Part shown: positions 18,485-27,402 of the stretch, piece after piece
Numbering within the stretch: the first letter of the stretch is position 1
How the letters are laid out: each line of letters begins with the position of its first letter
Origin: an uncultured Holosporaceae bacterium
Lineage (GTDB): Bacteria; Pseudomonadota; Alphaproteobacteria; Holosporales; Hepatobacteraceae
Assembly (NCBI GenBank): GCA_965661165.1
Contig: CBFICL010000001.1
Location: 5,220-69,219, forward strand
DNA length: 64,000 nt
Direction of reading: 5' to 3'
Program-made: the position numbers and the translations under genes
Notes under the pieces: generated by a model
Told to the model about the DNA's origin: nothing
What the model saw: the letters and a program-made list of their open reading frames with translations, nothing else
Database searches by the model: none

Positions 18485-19432
18485 ATGGCCACATACATTG
18501 CAGGTGTCGGTGCTTATGTGCCTGAAAAAGTCGTGACCAACCAGGATTTAGAGAAAACCCTAGATACGTCGCATGAATGGATTGTCACGCGAACGGGCGT
18601 CGTGCAAAGACACATTGCGGCAGACGGCGAATTGACCTCTCACTTGGCCACCAAGGCCTCAGAAGCGGCCCTGCGTGATGCCAACACATTGCCAGAAGAG
18701 ATAGACCTTCTCATTTTGGCCACGGCCACGCCTGACCATGTTTTTCCCGCAACGGCGGTGCGTGTACAAAAAGCCTTGGGGGCAACAGGTGCTGCTTTTG
18801 ACGTGGCGGCGGTGTGTGGCGGCTTTGTGTTCGCATTGGCCACCGCTGACGCTTACATCAAATCAGGAGCTGCCCACTGTGTGCTGGTGATTGGCGCTGA
18901 AACCATGAGTCGGATTGTGGATTGGTCAGATCGCTCCACGGCCGTGCTTTTTGGTGATGGTGCGGGCGCTTTTGTTCTGAAAGCATCTGAAACCAAGCAA
19001 GGCATTTTGGGGTGTGCGCTCAAAACCGATGGTCAGGGCTATGATGACTTGTATGTCGATGGCGGGGTCAGCGTTGGCCGCTTTGGTTTTATTAAGATGA
19101 ACGGACAAGAGGTGTTCAAGCGCGCCATTCGCGACCTGTCTTCCATCAGTCAAACCTTGTTGAAGGCTCATCACACGACAGTTGATGACCTTGACTGGGT
19201 GGTGCCTCATCAAGCCAATGTCCGCATTATTGAGGCCGTGCGAAAGCGTTTGGAGGTGCCGCAAGAAAAAATGTATCTCACCGTTAGCCAACATGCCAAT
19301 ACATCTGCGGCTTCTGTGCCGCTGGCTTTTGTAGATGGTGTGAAAAAGGGGCAGATCCAGCGAGGCCAACTGATTTTATCCCAAGTCTTTGCTGCCGGCT
19401 TTGCGTGGGGGGCCACACTTTTTCGTTATTAA
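18485..19432 (+). CDS. fabH: 3-oxoacyl-ACP synthase III (KAS III)
   Basis: 315 aa. The active-site context AFDVAAVCGGFVFAL, VVPHQANVRII and GNTSAASVPLA are present, with the typical FabH length. Confidence 0.93.
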   Translation: MATYIAGVGAYVPEKVVTNQDLEKTLDTSHEWIVTRTGVVQRHIAADGELTSHLATKASEAALRDANTLPEEIDLLILATATPDHVFPATAVRVQKALGATGAAFDVAAVCGGFVFALATADAYIKSGAAHCVLVIGAETMSRIVDWSDRSTAVLFGDGAGAFVLKASETKQGILGCALKTDGQGYDDLYVDGGVSVGRFGFIKMNGQEVFKRAIRDLSSISQTLLKAHHTTVDDLDWVVPHQANVRIIEAVRKRLEVPQEKMYLTVSQHANTSAASVPLAFVDGVKKGQIQRGQLILSQVFAAGFAWGATLFRY

Positions 19433-19691
19433 CCTTTTTTCTATGTATCAAGGTGATGGGTACATAAAGACCAGCAGTGTAAAGGTCATCTGGTAATCAA
19501 AGATCAGCTCTGGCTCTAGCAAGGTCGTGTTAGGGTCCCTGAATCGCTTTCTTGAGAGACAACACCATGTTTTTTCTATAAAAACCTTGCGAAAAAAGGA
19601 CATTTTGTTTTTTATTGAGTAGGTTTTTTAAGTATGTATTTTTGTTGTGCTTGTTGTTATTTTTTCTTTTTTTATAGGGGCGGCTTCACTC

Positions 19692-20030
19692 ATGGGTTCT
19701 CCACTCATGCTGGAAGATGAATCTGTGGTCACAAGGCGGCCGGGGATCCTTATCACATCTTCTGTGGCAGAAATGCAAGATGCCAGCAAATCCACTGTCC
19801 CCAAGGCCGTGACCTTTTCTGAGAAAGATCCTGAGGTGTATGAATATGAGCCTGAAGAGCTTGAATGTCCATTCACACCCGGGCAGGTTGTGGGGGTGAG
19901 CGCTATGCCTCTTCCATTGCCCAACACCCAGCACAAGATGTCTTGTTTTGAAAAAACACTCTTAGGTGGGCTTTTTACCCTCACATCTGTGTTGATTGTA
20001 CTCTGCTTTATTTACGGAAGCGCCACGTAA
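19692..20030 (+). CDS. hypothetical small tail-anchored membrane protein
   Basis: ORF 19647..20030. The ATG at 19692 follows a T-rich leader. The product has an acidic soluble part (DPEVYEYEPEELECPF) and a C-terminal TM segment LLGGLFTLTSVLIVLCFIY. It is the first of three same-strand orphan genes, each preceded by an AT-rich spacer. Coding status is not certain. Confidence 0.45.
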   Translation: MGSPLMLEDESVVTRRPGILITSSVAEMQDASKSTVPKAVTFSEKDPEVYEYEPEELECPFTPGQVVGVSAMPLPLPNTQHKMSCFEKTLLGGLFTLTSVLIVLCFIYGSAT

Positions 20031-20371
20031 ACAAAGAGATGAAGAAAAGGCTTGTAAGCTTTTGAGAGGGTCGCATGCATCATTCAGCAAAATAGGAGAG
20101 GGAGCCAAGACGTTTGAGAAGTATAGCATGAATCACGCGGCAGAATCGCGGATTTGCACGCTGCTTTGGGAGGCATTAAACGAAAAGAGAGATAATATCT
20201 TAATAGTGTCTGAAATATTTTTATATTTTGTCAAATAAAAATATAAAAACAATTATATATCGATATCACTCGTGATGCAGAAGATAACCATGTATCAGTA
20301 AGGAAACATTCGTTTTCGGGATATAAAATATAAAATATCTTTCTGCTGCTTTGCTGTGCGCGGCACTGAGC

Positions 20372-21286
20372 ATGCCTCACGATGCTGTGGCAACGAGAGA
20401 TGCGCCTCAAGCATCTTCGCATGATGAGGGTGCTGAGTGGGTTCCTATGCGCCCCATGGGTACGTCATCTCCACAGACAGGCTCTCCAGGCACGCCTCCT
20501 GATGACCAAGATGTTACCGCGCTCTTGAGGCCGAATCATGATCTTGAGAAAAACGTTTACGCTGTTAAGTATCGAAAAAGTAATCCATGGCCTTGCATAG
20601 GGGTTGCCGCAGGTGCGGTCACATTGGTAACGGCTGGGATTTTGTTATGGAAGCTTGTGCCTTGGCAAGACCTTTTGGGGGGAGACCCACATCCCACACA
20701 AGAGCCCATGCATGAATCCTTCCAAGATTACAGGCATTATGATGAGGGCCCGTGCGTGAGTTATAATGGCACCGAAAACGCCAATGATGCGTGCCACCTT
20801 ATTCCTCAGCTCTGTGACCATGTGTGTGGCACTATCCTTACGCCGACGCAAGGATGGTTATATGAACTGCATCAAAAGTGGTTCGACACAGCTCCCTCGC
20901 AGGGCAATATGACAACTTTGCTGGAAGAAGCCTGTGGTGTGCCCGTATGCCCCACCCAAGAAGATTTTCAGCGCAGGGCCCACCTTTTAGTTGATGACAC
21001 CATTGACTATGCTCCGACCCAAGACCCTGTGGAGATTACTGCCAATGATCAAGGAAATTTGATCATCAACTCTCTGGGAGAGGGGGGGCAAAAAATCTGC
21101 CGCTTTTTTGGGGATACGCTGATTTCCAAAGATGAGGGCAATGAGATTGTGAAAGATTTATCGGACACAATGATTATCCATGGATTTAAGGGAGATGTAT
21201 ATCATTCACGTGCAGCCAATAGCTCAGCTGTAGTTGCAAGGCTGTTGGGGAACATCACGCGGTGTGCCTCCTTTTTGAAATCATAA
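20372..21286 (+). CDS. hypothetical single-pass membrane protein with Cys-rich C-terminal domain (paralogue A)
   Basis: ORF 20351..21286. The ATG at 20372 is preferred over the TTG at 20351. A Pro-rich N-terminus and the TM segment WPCIGVAAGAVTLVTAGILLW are followed by a Cys-rich domain that aligns with the next gene (ACGVPVCPTQEDF / QKICRFFGDTLIS). Confidence 0.65.
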   Translation: MPHDAVATRDAPQASSHDEGAEWVPMRPMGTSSPQTGSPGTPPDDQDVTALLRPNHDLEKNVYAVKYRKSNPWPCIGVAAGAVTLVTAGILLWKLVPWQDLLGGDPHPTQEPMHESFQDYRHYDEGPCVSYNGTENANDACHLIPQLCDHVCGTILTPTQGWLYELHQKWFDTAPSQGNMTTLLEEACGVPVCPTQEDFQRRAHLLVDDTIDYAPTQDPVEITANDQGNLIINSLGEGGQKICRFFGDTLISKDEGNEIVKDLSDTMIIHGFKGDVYHSRAANSSAVVARLLGNITRCASFLKS

Positions 21287-21320
21287 CGCTTCACGCCGGT
21301 TTTTATCTTTTTGTGCTATG

Positions 21321-21344
21321 GGCGTCCACGGGCGCCTTTTTTTT
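21321..21344 (+). terminator. rho-independent terminator after paralogue A
   Basis: GGCGTC-CACG-GGGCGCC forms a 6-bp stem including one G-U pair with a 4-nt loop (21321-21336). T8 follows immediately (21337-21344). Confidence 0.6.
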
Positions 21345-21501
21345 GCCTGAAAAGCTTTTATTTTTGACTTTTTTGGTAAAGTTTTTATTAAAAATAAATA
21401 AAAAAATATCAAAAAAACAATAAGAATTATAAATAATGTAGATATCCATTTAAATGATATGCGAGAATGCTCTCACATCGTTATCAACAGGGATATACAT
21501 A

Positions 21502-22506
21502 ATGACCAGAACTCTTTTTGCCGTAATTTGTTTGTCTGCCTCATGGAGCGCGGCGGTCTATGCAGGAAAAAATCGTCCAGTGTATGATGAAAAGCTGTCG
21601 GCGCCTGTCAGTAAAAAGGCTCACAAAAAGCCAGGATTCATTCAAGTCACCATAGATCCTGAAAGTACCTCCTCCACATATCTCTCAAGCTTTGTCACCG
21701 AAGAAGATCAAGAGGACAAAGAGGGTAAAAAAGGGAAGAAAGATAAACCAAAATCAGATAAGAAAGACGAGCCAGCCTCAGACAAAGAACCAAAAAAGGG
21801 TGAAATCCATGCAGTCAAAGTGAAGGATAATTGTGCTTCCCCCTATGCCCGTTATGGGTGGATTGGTTTGGGTGTGACAGGAGGGGCCTCTCTTTTGGCC
21901 TTGGGGGCCACATTGGCAGTGAAATATACAGACGTTCTCTCTTTATTGGGTCACCAACCATGCACGCCTTACACCAACGCTACGTATGGCGATGTGAGAG
22001 AGCATTACAAAGATGTGATTTCTGAGGCTTGCCACTATGAGTGTGAGGATTTTCAACTAACCCCTTACCGAGTCTCGCAAGATTTTATTCTTGAGATGTT
22101 TCGGCGCTGTGCAGAGGGAGGGCAGAACCTGGTTTCTCTGATAAGCGCGTCTTGCGGAACGCCTGTATGCCCCTCAAGAGAGGATTTTGCGCGTCTCAAT
22201 GTGTCAACGTTGGAGTTTCCACAAACCGTGGTGAATGAGCGTAACGGAACGATTGCGCTTAATGATCTTCAAGATTTTATTGTCCAGTACTGTAAATTTT
22301 TTGGCAACAGGATTTTTTCTCGCGCAGAGGCAGCACGTTTTGCTAAAGGAATCATAGGTGTTGATGATCCTGAGGAAGGTATAGTGCTTGGGGAAGACAT
22401 GACAGAAGAAAGATTGGTGATGGAAAGGTTTATGGATGCCCCCAAGCTCTGCGAGATTGTGGTGCCTCAGGGTGATATCCTGAGATCTGGCGACATTGTT
22501 GGCTAA
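21502..22506 (+). CDS. hypothetical membrane protein with Cys-rich C-terminal domain (paralogue B)
   Basis: ORF 21454..22506. Met17 (ATG 21502) gives the hydrophobic N-terminus MTRTLFAVICLSASWSAAVYA. A K/D/E-rich spacer and the TM segment WIGLGVTGGASLLALGATLAV follow. The C-terminal domain is homologous to paralogue A (SCGTPVCPSREDF / VQYCKFFGNRIFS). Confidence 0.65.
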   Translation: MTRTLFAVICLSASWSAAVYAGKNRPVYDEKLSAPVSKKAHKKPGFIQVTIDPESTSSTYLSSFVTEEDQEDKEGKKGKKDKPKSDKKDEPASDKEPKKGEIHAVKVKDNCASPYARYGWIGLGVTGGASLLALGATLAVKYTDVLSLLGHQPCTPYTNATYGDVREHYKDVISEACHYECEDFQLTPYRVSQDFILEMFRRCAEGGQNLVSLISASCGTPVCPSREDFARLNVSTLEFPQTVVNERNGTIALNDLQDFIVQYCKFFGNRIFSRAEAARFAKGIIGVDDPEEGIVLGEDMTEERLVMERFMDAPKLCEIVVPQGDILRSGDIVG

Positions 22507-22548
22507 CATCAAGTTTGGCTAACGTCAGGCAACAGTCAAGAAGAAAGA

Positions 22549-22584
22549 ACGTGTCCTTTCGCACCCAAAGGGGCACGTTTTTTT
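22549..22584 (+). terminator. rho-independent terminator after paralogue B
   Basis: ACGTGTCC ... GGGGCACGT forms a stem of about 8 bp (22549-22578). It runs directly into T7 (22578-22584). Confidence 0.6.
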
Positions 22585-22629
22585 AAAGAGACCTCTTGGT
22601 TTTTTTGTAAGAGCCATTAAGCTCAGTTT

Positions 22630-23574
22630 ATGACCACATCAAGACAGCATCCTGCCAGAGACGTGCCTCCTTGTGGTTGGACGCTTATCCATAAACCCAT
22701 AGGGTGCTCATCATCAAAGGCACTGATGCCTGTCAAAAGATGGCTGGGGCTTAAAAAGCGTGTAGGCCATAGCGGCACCCTTGATCCCTTTGCGAGCGGC
22801 CTGTTGATTGTGTGTTTTGGTCGGGCGACCCGTCTCTTACCCTTCTTAGATCATGCGAATAAAGAGTATACCTTTTCCATTTCCTGGGGCACAGAAACTG
22901 ATACAGGCGACCAGGACGGCACAATCATCAAACGTGACAGCGCCACCCCGTCTGAAGAGGCTATCCATGCTTTGCTCCCTTCTTTTCAAGGACCGTTGAT
23001 GCAAACCCCACCTGCCTTTTCGGCGCTCAAGGTAAAGGGAACGCGCGCCTATCGGTTGGCAAGACAGGGCACCGTGCCTGACCTCAAACCCCGCCCACAA
23101 TGCATTGAATCTCTTACCTTAATGGGCATCTCAACAAACGAAGCTCATTTTCGTGTGGTTTGCGATACGGGCACCTATATTCGGTCGTTGGCGCATGATA
23201 TGTGTCGTGCTTTAGGTGTGTTGGGGCACCTCAGTGACCTCTGCCGCACACGCATAGGTCGTTTTTGCCTTTCTGATGCGTTTTCTCTGGATTTGTTTAA
23301 AAAAAATAGGCATGATGAGGGAGCTCGTGGTTTGTTTTTTTCGCCTCAGGAGCTACTGGACGACATCCCGGTTGTTGAGGTGAGTGAGCAAGATGCGGTG
23401 CGTCTTCGCCAAGGTCAAGGCATTGATGATCAAGGGTTTGTTCACTCTGGTTTGGCTTTCTGTGCCTATGGTGGGCAGTGTGTAGCGTTGGTGGAGGGGG
23501 AATCTGGGCAGCTTTTGCCAAAAATCTTATTGGAAGGAAAGATGATTAACGATGTCGATAACAGCCGAACGTAA
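22630..23574 (+). CDS. truB: tRNA pseudouridine(55) synthase TruB
   Basis: 314 aa. The catalytic motif is [17 protein letters not shown]. truB-rpsO-pnp synteny supports the call. The 3' end overlaps rpsO by 23 nt. Confidence 0.9.
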   Translation: MTTSRQHPARDVPPCGWTLIHKPIGCSSSKALMPVKRWLGLKKRVGHSGTLDPFASGLLIVCFGRATRLLPFLDHANKEYTFSISWGTETDTGDQDGTIIKRDSATPSEEAIHALLPSFQGPLMQTPPAFSALKVKGTRAYRLARQGTVPDLKPRPQCIESLTLMGISTNEAHFRVVCDTGTYIRSLAHDMCRALGVLGHLSDLCRTRIGRFCLSDAFSLDLFKKNRHDEGARGLFFSPQELLDDIPVVEVSEQDAVRLRQGQGIDDQGFVHSGLAFCAYGGQCVALVEGESGQLLPKILLEGKMINDVDNSRT

Positions 23575-23821
23575 ACAAGAAATTATCAAAGAATTTGGAT
23601 TGAAAGAGGGGGACACCGGCTCTCCCGAGGTTCAGGTGGCCATCTGGACCGAGCGTATCCGTAACATTACACAGCACTTGGGTGATCATAAAAAAGATTT
23701 TCACTCAAGACGTGGCCTGGTGCAAATGGTGAGCGAGCGTCGTAAGCTGCTTGACTATTTGAAAAACAAGAAACACACACGCTATGCGGGTTTAATCCAG
23801 CGGTTGGGCCTCAGGCGTTAA
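23552..23821 (+). CDS. rpsO: 30S ribosomal protein S15
   Basis: 89 aa. [47 protein letters not shown] is the canonical S15 sequence. Confidence 0.95.
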   Translation: MSITAERKQEIIKEFGLKEGDTGSPEVQVAIWTERIRNITQHLGDHKKDFHSRRGLVQMVSERRKLLDYLKNKKHTRYAGLIQRLGLRR

Positions 23822-23826
23822 CATTA

Positions 23827-25974
23827 ATGAAAGAGTTAGTTAAAAAAATGATTGTCAAAGTTGCAAAAAAGAATGTGGGTAAGATCAAAACGCCCTCAAC
23901 CCTTCTTCAGGGTGTGAAAAAGGAAATAACGTGGGCGGGACGTACGCTCTCGCTGGAAACGGGGCGGGTGGCGCGTCAGGCCGATGGTGCTGTTTTGGCG
24001 ACCTATGGCGAAACCACCGTGCTGTGCACCGTGGTGGCATCTCGGGATGCGGATCCGTCAGCCAATTTCTTGCCCTTGTCTGTTCACTACACAGAAAAAA
24101 CCTTTGCGGCCGGGAAAATTCCTGGCGGTTTTTTAAAGCGTGAGAGCAAACCTTCTGAGAAAGAGGTGTTGGTGTCGCGTTTGATTGATCGTCCCATTCG
24201 CCCGCTGTTTCCTGCAAACTTTTTTAATGAAATTCAGGTGTTGTGCACGGTCTTAAGTTATGACGGTCGCAATGAAGCGGATATGTTGGCCATGGTGGGG
24301 GCTTCTGCTGCGCTCACGCTTGCAGGGGTGCCGTTTAAGGGGCCTATTGCCGGCGCGCGCGTGGGGTATCGCCAGGGTGAGTATGTGCTCAACCCTTCTT
24401 TGGAAGACATGACCCAAAGCGCCATGGACTTGGTGGTGGCCGGCACGCAAGAAGGCGTGTTGATGGTGGAATCTGAAATTGCTGAGCTTGAAGATGACAT
24501 TGTGCTTGAAGGTGTGATGTTTGGTCACCAAGCCATTCAACCTGTGATCAAGATGATTCAAGCGTTGGCGCAAGAAGCCGGCAAAGAGGCATGGCCCGTG
24601 GATCCAGACACAGCTTTTGTAGCCTTAAAAGACAACATCTTGAACACCTTTCGCGACAACATTTCCGATGCTTTTTTTGTGCAGGGTAAGATGGCGCGCG
24701 CTGGGGCATTAGATGCGGTGTTTGAAGAGGTCAAGAGCAAGTTTCTTGAGGATGATACGCAGACCCATTTGATGTCGCGTGCTTTTAAGGCGGCGAAAGA
24801 AGAGGTGCTGCGCACACACGTGCTAGACAAGCGCCGTATTGACGGCCGTGACCTTAAAGACGTGCGTGCCCTGTCTTGTGAGACGGATATGTTGCCTGTG
24901 GTGCATGGTAGTGCGCTGTTTACGCGTGGGGAAACGCAAGCCCTTGTGGTGACGACGCTGGGGTCTAATGATGATGCCCAGTTAGTTGATGGGTTGGAGG
25001 GTGAGTATAAAGAGTCGTTTATGCTTCATTATAATTTCCCATCCTACTCTGTGGGGGAAGTGCGCCGTGTGGGCCCGCCGGGGCGCCGTGAAATTGGCCA
25101 TGGTAAGTTGGCTTGGCGTGCGCTGCGTCCTGTATTGCCACTTGCGAAAGACTTTCCTTATACACTCCGCGTGGTGTCTGAGGTCACAGAATCGAACGGT
25201 TCATCGTCTATGGCAACGGTGTGTGGCAGTTCGTTGTCCATGATGGATGCAGGTGTGCCGCTTGAACGTCCGGTCTCGGGCATTGCCATGGGGCTGGTGA
25301 AAGAGGGTAAATCTTACGCCGTTTTGTCAGACATCTCGGCGGATGAAGATAGCCTGGGTGATATGGACTTTAAGGTGGCCGGTACGTCCCAAGGGTTAAC
25401 AGCCTTGCAAATGGACATCAAAATCACCAGCATCACCACCAGCATCATGAAAGACGCGTTGGCGCAGGCCAGAGAAGGTCGCCTGTTTATCCTCAAAGCC
25501 ATGATGAGTGAGCTTGAATCGCACAGAGAGCTCAGCAAAACAGCCCCGCGCGTGAAGGAAATGAAGATTGCCAAGGAGAAGATCAAAGATGTGATTGGGC
25601 CTGGGGGCAAGGTGATTCGTGAGATTTGCGAACGCACGGGCGCAAAGATTGATGTTGAGGATAATGGCGTGTTGCGTGTGTTTGCGCCTAACCTGGACCA
25701 ACTCAACGAAGCGGTGGCCACCATTCGTGACCTGACCTTTGAGCCTCAGGTGGGTGATATCTTTGAAGGTGAAGTCGTGAGCGTGGTTGATTTTGGCGCT
25801 TTCGTGAACTTTAAAGGGCAAGACGGTCTTGTGCATATCAGCGAATTAGCACCTAGAAAAGTCAACAAGGTGACGGATGTTGTGAACAAAGGGGATCGGG
25901 TACGCGTTAAGGTGATTGGCCTTGATCGTGGTAAAGTCAAGCTCAGCATCAAACAAGTGCCACAAGATTTGTGA
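23827..25974 (+). CDS. pnp: polyribonucleotide nucleotidyltransferase (PNPase)
   Basis: 715 aa with two RNase PH domains, a KH domain (KIKDVIGPGGKVIREI) and an S1 domain (GDIFEGEVVSVVDFGAFVNF). The Lys-rich N-terminus is about 25 aa longer than usual, so the start codon is uncertain. Confidence 0.93.
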   Translation: MKELVKKMIVKVAKKNVGKIKTPSTLLQGVKKEITWAGRTLSLETGRVARQADGAVLATYGETTVLCTVVASRDADPSANFLPLSVHYTEKTFAAGKIPGGFLKRESKPSEKEVLVSRLIDRPIRPLFPANFFNEIQVLCTVLSYDGRNEADMLAMVGASAALTLAGVPFKGPIAGARVGYRQGEYVLNPSLEDMTQSAMDLVVAGTQEGVLMVESEIAELEDDIVLEGVMFGHQAIQPVIKMIQALAQEAGKEAWPVDPDTAFVALKDNILNTFRDNISDAFFVQGKMARAGALDAVFEEVKSKFLEDDTQTHLMSRAFKAAKEEVLRTHVLDKRRIDGRDLKDVRALSCETDMLPVVHGSALFTRGETQALVVTTLGSNDDAQLVDGLEGEYKESFMLHYNFPSYSVGEVRRVGPPGRREIGHGKLAWRALRPVLPLAKDFPYTLRVVSEVTESNGSSSMATVCGSSLSMMDAGVPLERPVSGIAMGLVKEGKSYAVLSDISADEDSLGDMDFKVAGTSQGLTALQMDIKITSITTSIMKDALAQAREGRLFILKAMMSELESHRELSKTAPRVKEMKIAKEKIKDVIGPGGKVIREICERTGAKIDVEDNGVLRVFAPNLDQLNEAVATIRDLTFEPQVGDIFEGEVVSVVDFGAFVNFKGQDGLVHISELAPRKVNKVTDVVNKGDRVRVKVIGLDRGKVKLSIKQVPQDL

Positions 25975-26002
25975 CGTGGTGGCATAACACAAGGGCAGCG
26001 GT

Positions 26003-27394
26003 GTGATTAAAGAGCTCAAGCTATCGGGTTGTGAGGTGTTGCCCCTTGTGGAAGGCGGTAAGGGCATCTCCATATCCACAGGGGTGAGTGCTGGTGCTTG
26101 GGCCAAGGCGGGTGGCGTGGGCACCTTGTCAGCTGTGAATGCGGATGCTTATGATGTGAGCGGCAATCGGATTCCCCAAGTCTATCGGGGCAAAACACGC
26201 GCTGAGCGACACGCCGAGCTGATTGCCTATGCCATTCAAGGGGGGATTGCACAAGCCAAGATTGCCTATGATATTGCCGCTGGGGCCGGTCGGCTTCATC
26301 TCAACATTTTGTGGGAAATGGCCGCAGCAGAAGAGATCGCGCGCGGGGTGCTCGCCAAAGTCAGCCATCTTGTGCACGGCATTACATGCGGCGCCGGTAT
26401 GCCTTATCGCATTGCGGAGATCGCGGCTGAATTTAAGATCTTTTATTATCCCATTGTCTCGTCAGCCCGCGCGTTTCGCATTTTGTGGCGACGCGCGTAT
26501 CACAGACTGGCTGCATGGCTGGGCGGCGTGGTTTATGAAGACCCGTGGCTAGCCGGGGGGCATAATGGTCTTTCTAACAGCGAAGATCCGCTGGTGCGTG
26601 AAGCGCCCCTCGCGCGTGTGATCGCCTTAAGGGAGTATATGCGAGAGGTGGGGCTCGACCATGTTCCCATCATTATGGCAGGCGGTGTATGGCGTTTGGA
26701 TGAATGGAAAGACTGGATCGATAACCCCGAGCTTGGCCCCGTTGCCTTTCAGTTTGGGACGCGTCCTTTATTGACCCAAGAAAGCCCCATCTCAGATGCA
26801 TGGAAGAAAGCACTATTGAACCTTAAAAAGGGGGATGTCTTTCTCAATCGCTTCAGCCCCACCGGGTTTTATTCCTCAGCGGTGCGCAATGATTTTTTAG
26901 AAGAATTGGCCCAGCGGTCTGCGCGTCAAATTGCCTATCAAGGATCACCTTCGGAGGAGGCGCCCGTGGCGTTGCCCGTGGGGCCAAGAAAGCGGTTGGT
27001 GTATGTCAGCGCCCAGGATGAGCAAAAAGCTAAAGCATGGATAGAAGCCGGGTACACCGAAGTTATGCGCACCCCCCGCAACACGCTTATTTTTGTGACG
27101 CCTAAACGCGCAGCCCACATTCATCAAGATCAGGTAGACTGCATGGGCTGTTTGAGCGCGTGTTTGTTCAGCAACTGGTCGCAGCGGGCCGAAGGCACCA
27201 CAGGCAAACGCCCTGACCCGCGATCTTTTTGTATCCAAAAAACCCTTCAAGACATTAGCCATGAAGGAGACATTCACAACAACCTGATGTTTTCGGGGCA
27301 TAACGCCTATCGTTTTGCTTCTGACCCGTTTTATGCTAATGGCTTTGTGCCCACGGTGGCACAGTTGATTGATCGTCTTAAAATGGGCGCTTAA
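26003..27394 (+). CDS. nitronate monooxygenase (2-nitropropane dioxygenase)-family flavin oxidoreductase
   Basis: 463 aa with a GTG start. VEGGKGISISTG, GGVGTLS, ITCGAGMP, the glycine-rich IIMAGGV and overall TIM-barrel NMO-like blocks are present. The exact substrate is unknown. Confidence 0.6.
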   Translation: MIKELKLSGCEVLPLVEGGKGISISTGVSAGAWAKAGGVGTLSAVNADAYDVSGNRIPQVYRGKTRAERHAELIAYAIQGGIAQAKIAYDIAAGAGRLHLNILWEMAAAEEIARGVLAKVSHLVHGITCGAGMPYRIAEIAAEFKIFYYPIVSSARAFRILWRRAYHRLAAWLGGVVYEDPWLAGGHNGLSNSEDPLVREAPLARVIALREYMREVGLDHVPIIMAGGVWRLDEWKDWIDNPELGPVAFQFGTRPLLTQESPISDAWKKALLNLKKGDVFLNRFSPTGFYSSAVRNDFLEELAQRSARQIAYQGSPSEEAPVALPVGPRKRLVYVSAQDEQKAKAWIEAGYTEVMRTPRNTLIFVTPKRAAHIHQDQVDCMGCLSACLFSNWSQRAEGTTGKRPDPRSFCIQKTLQDISHEGDIHNNLMFSGHNAYRFASDPFYANGFVPTVAQLIDRLKMGA

Positions 27395-27402
27395 GGGAGG
27401 GG

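Noticed and set aside
21082-21095. A G7 run followed by A6 inside paralogue A, and a similar G7 run in tssM near 40383, could be phase-variation tracts.
   Set aside because: Runs of seven are expected by chance several times in 64 kb on two strands. There is no evidence of alternative frames that would restore or extend an ORF.
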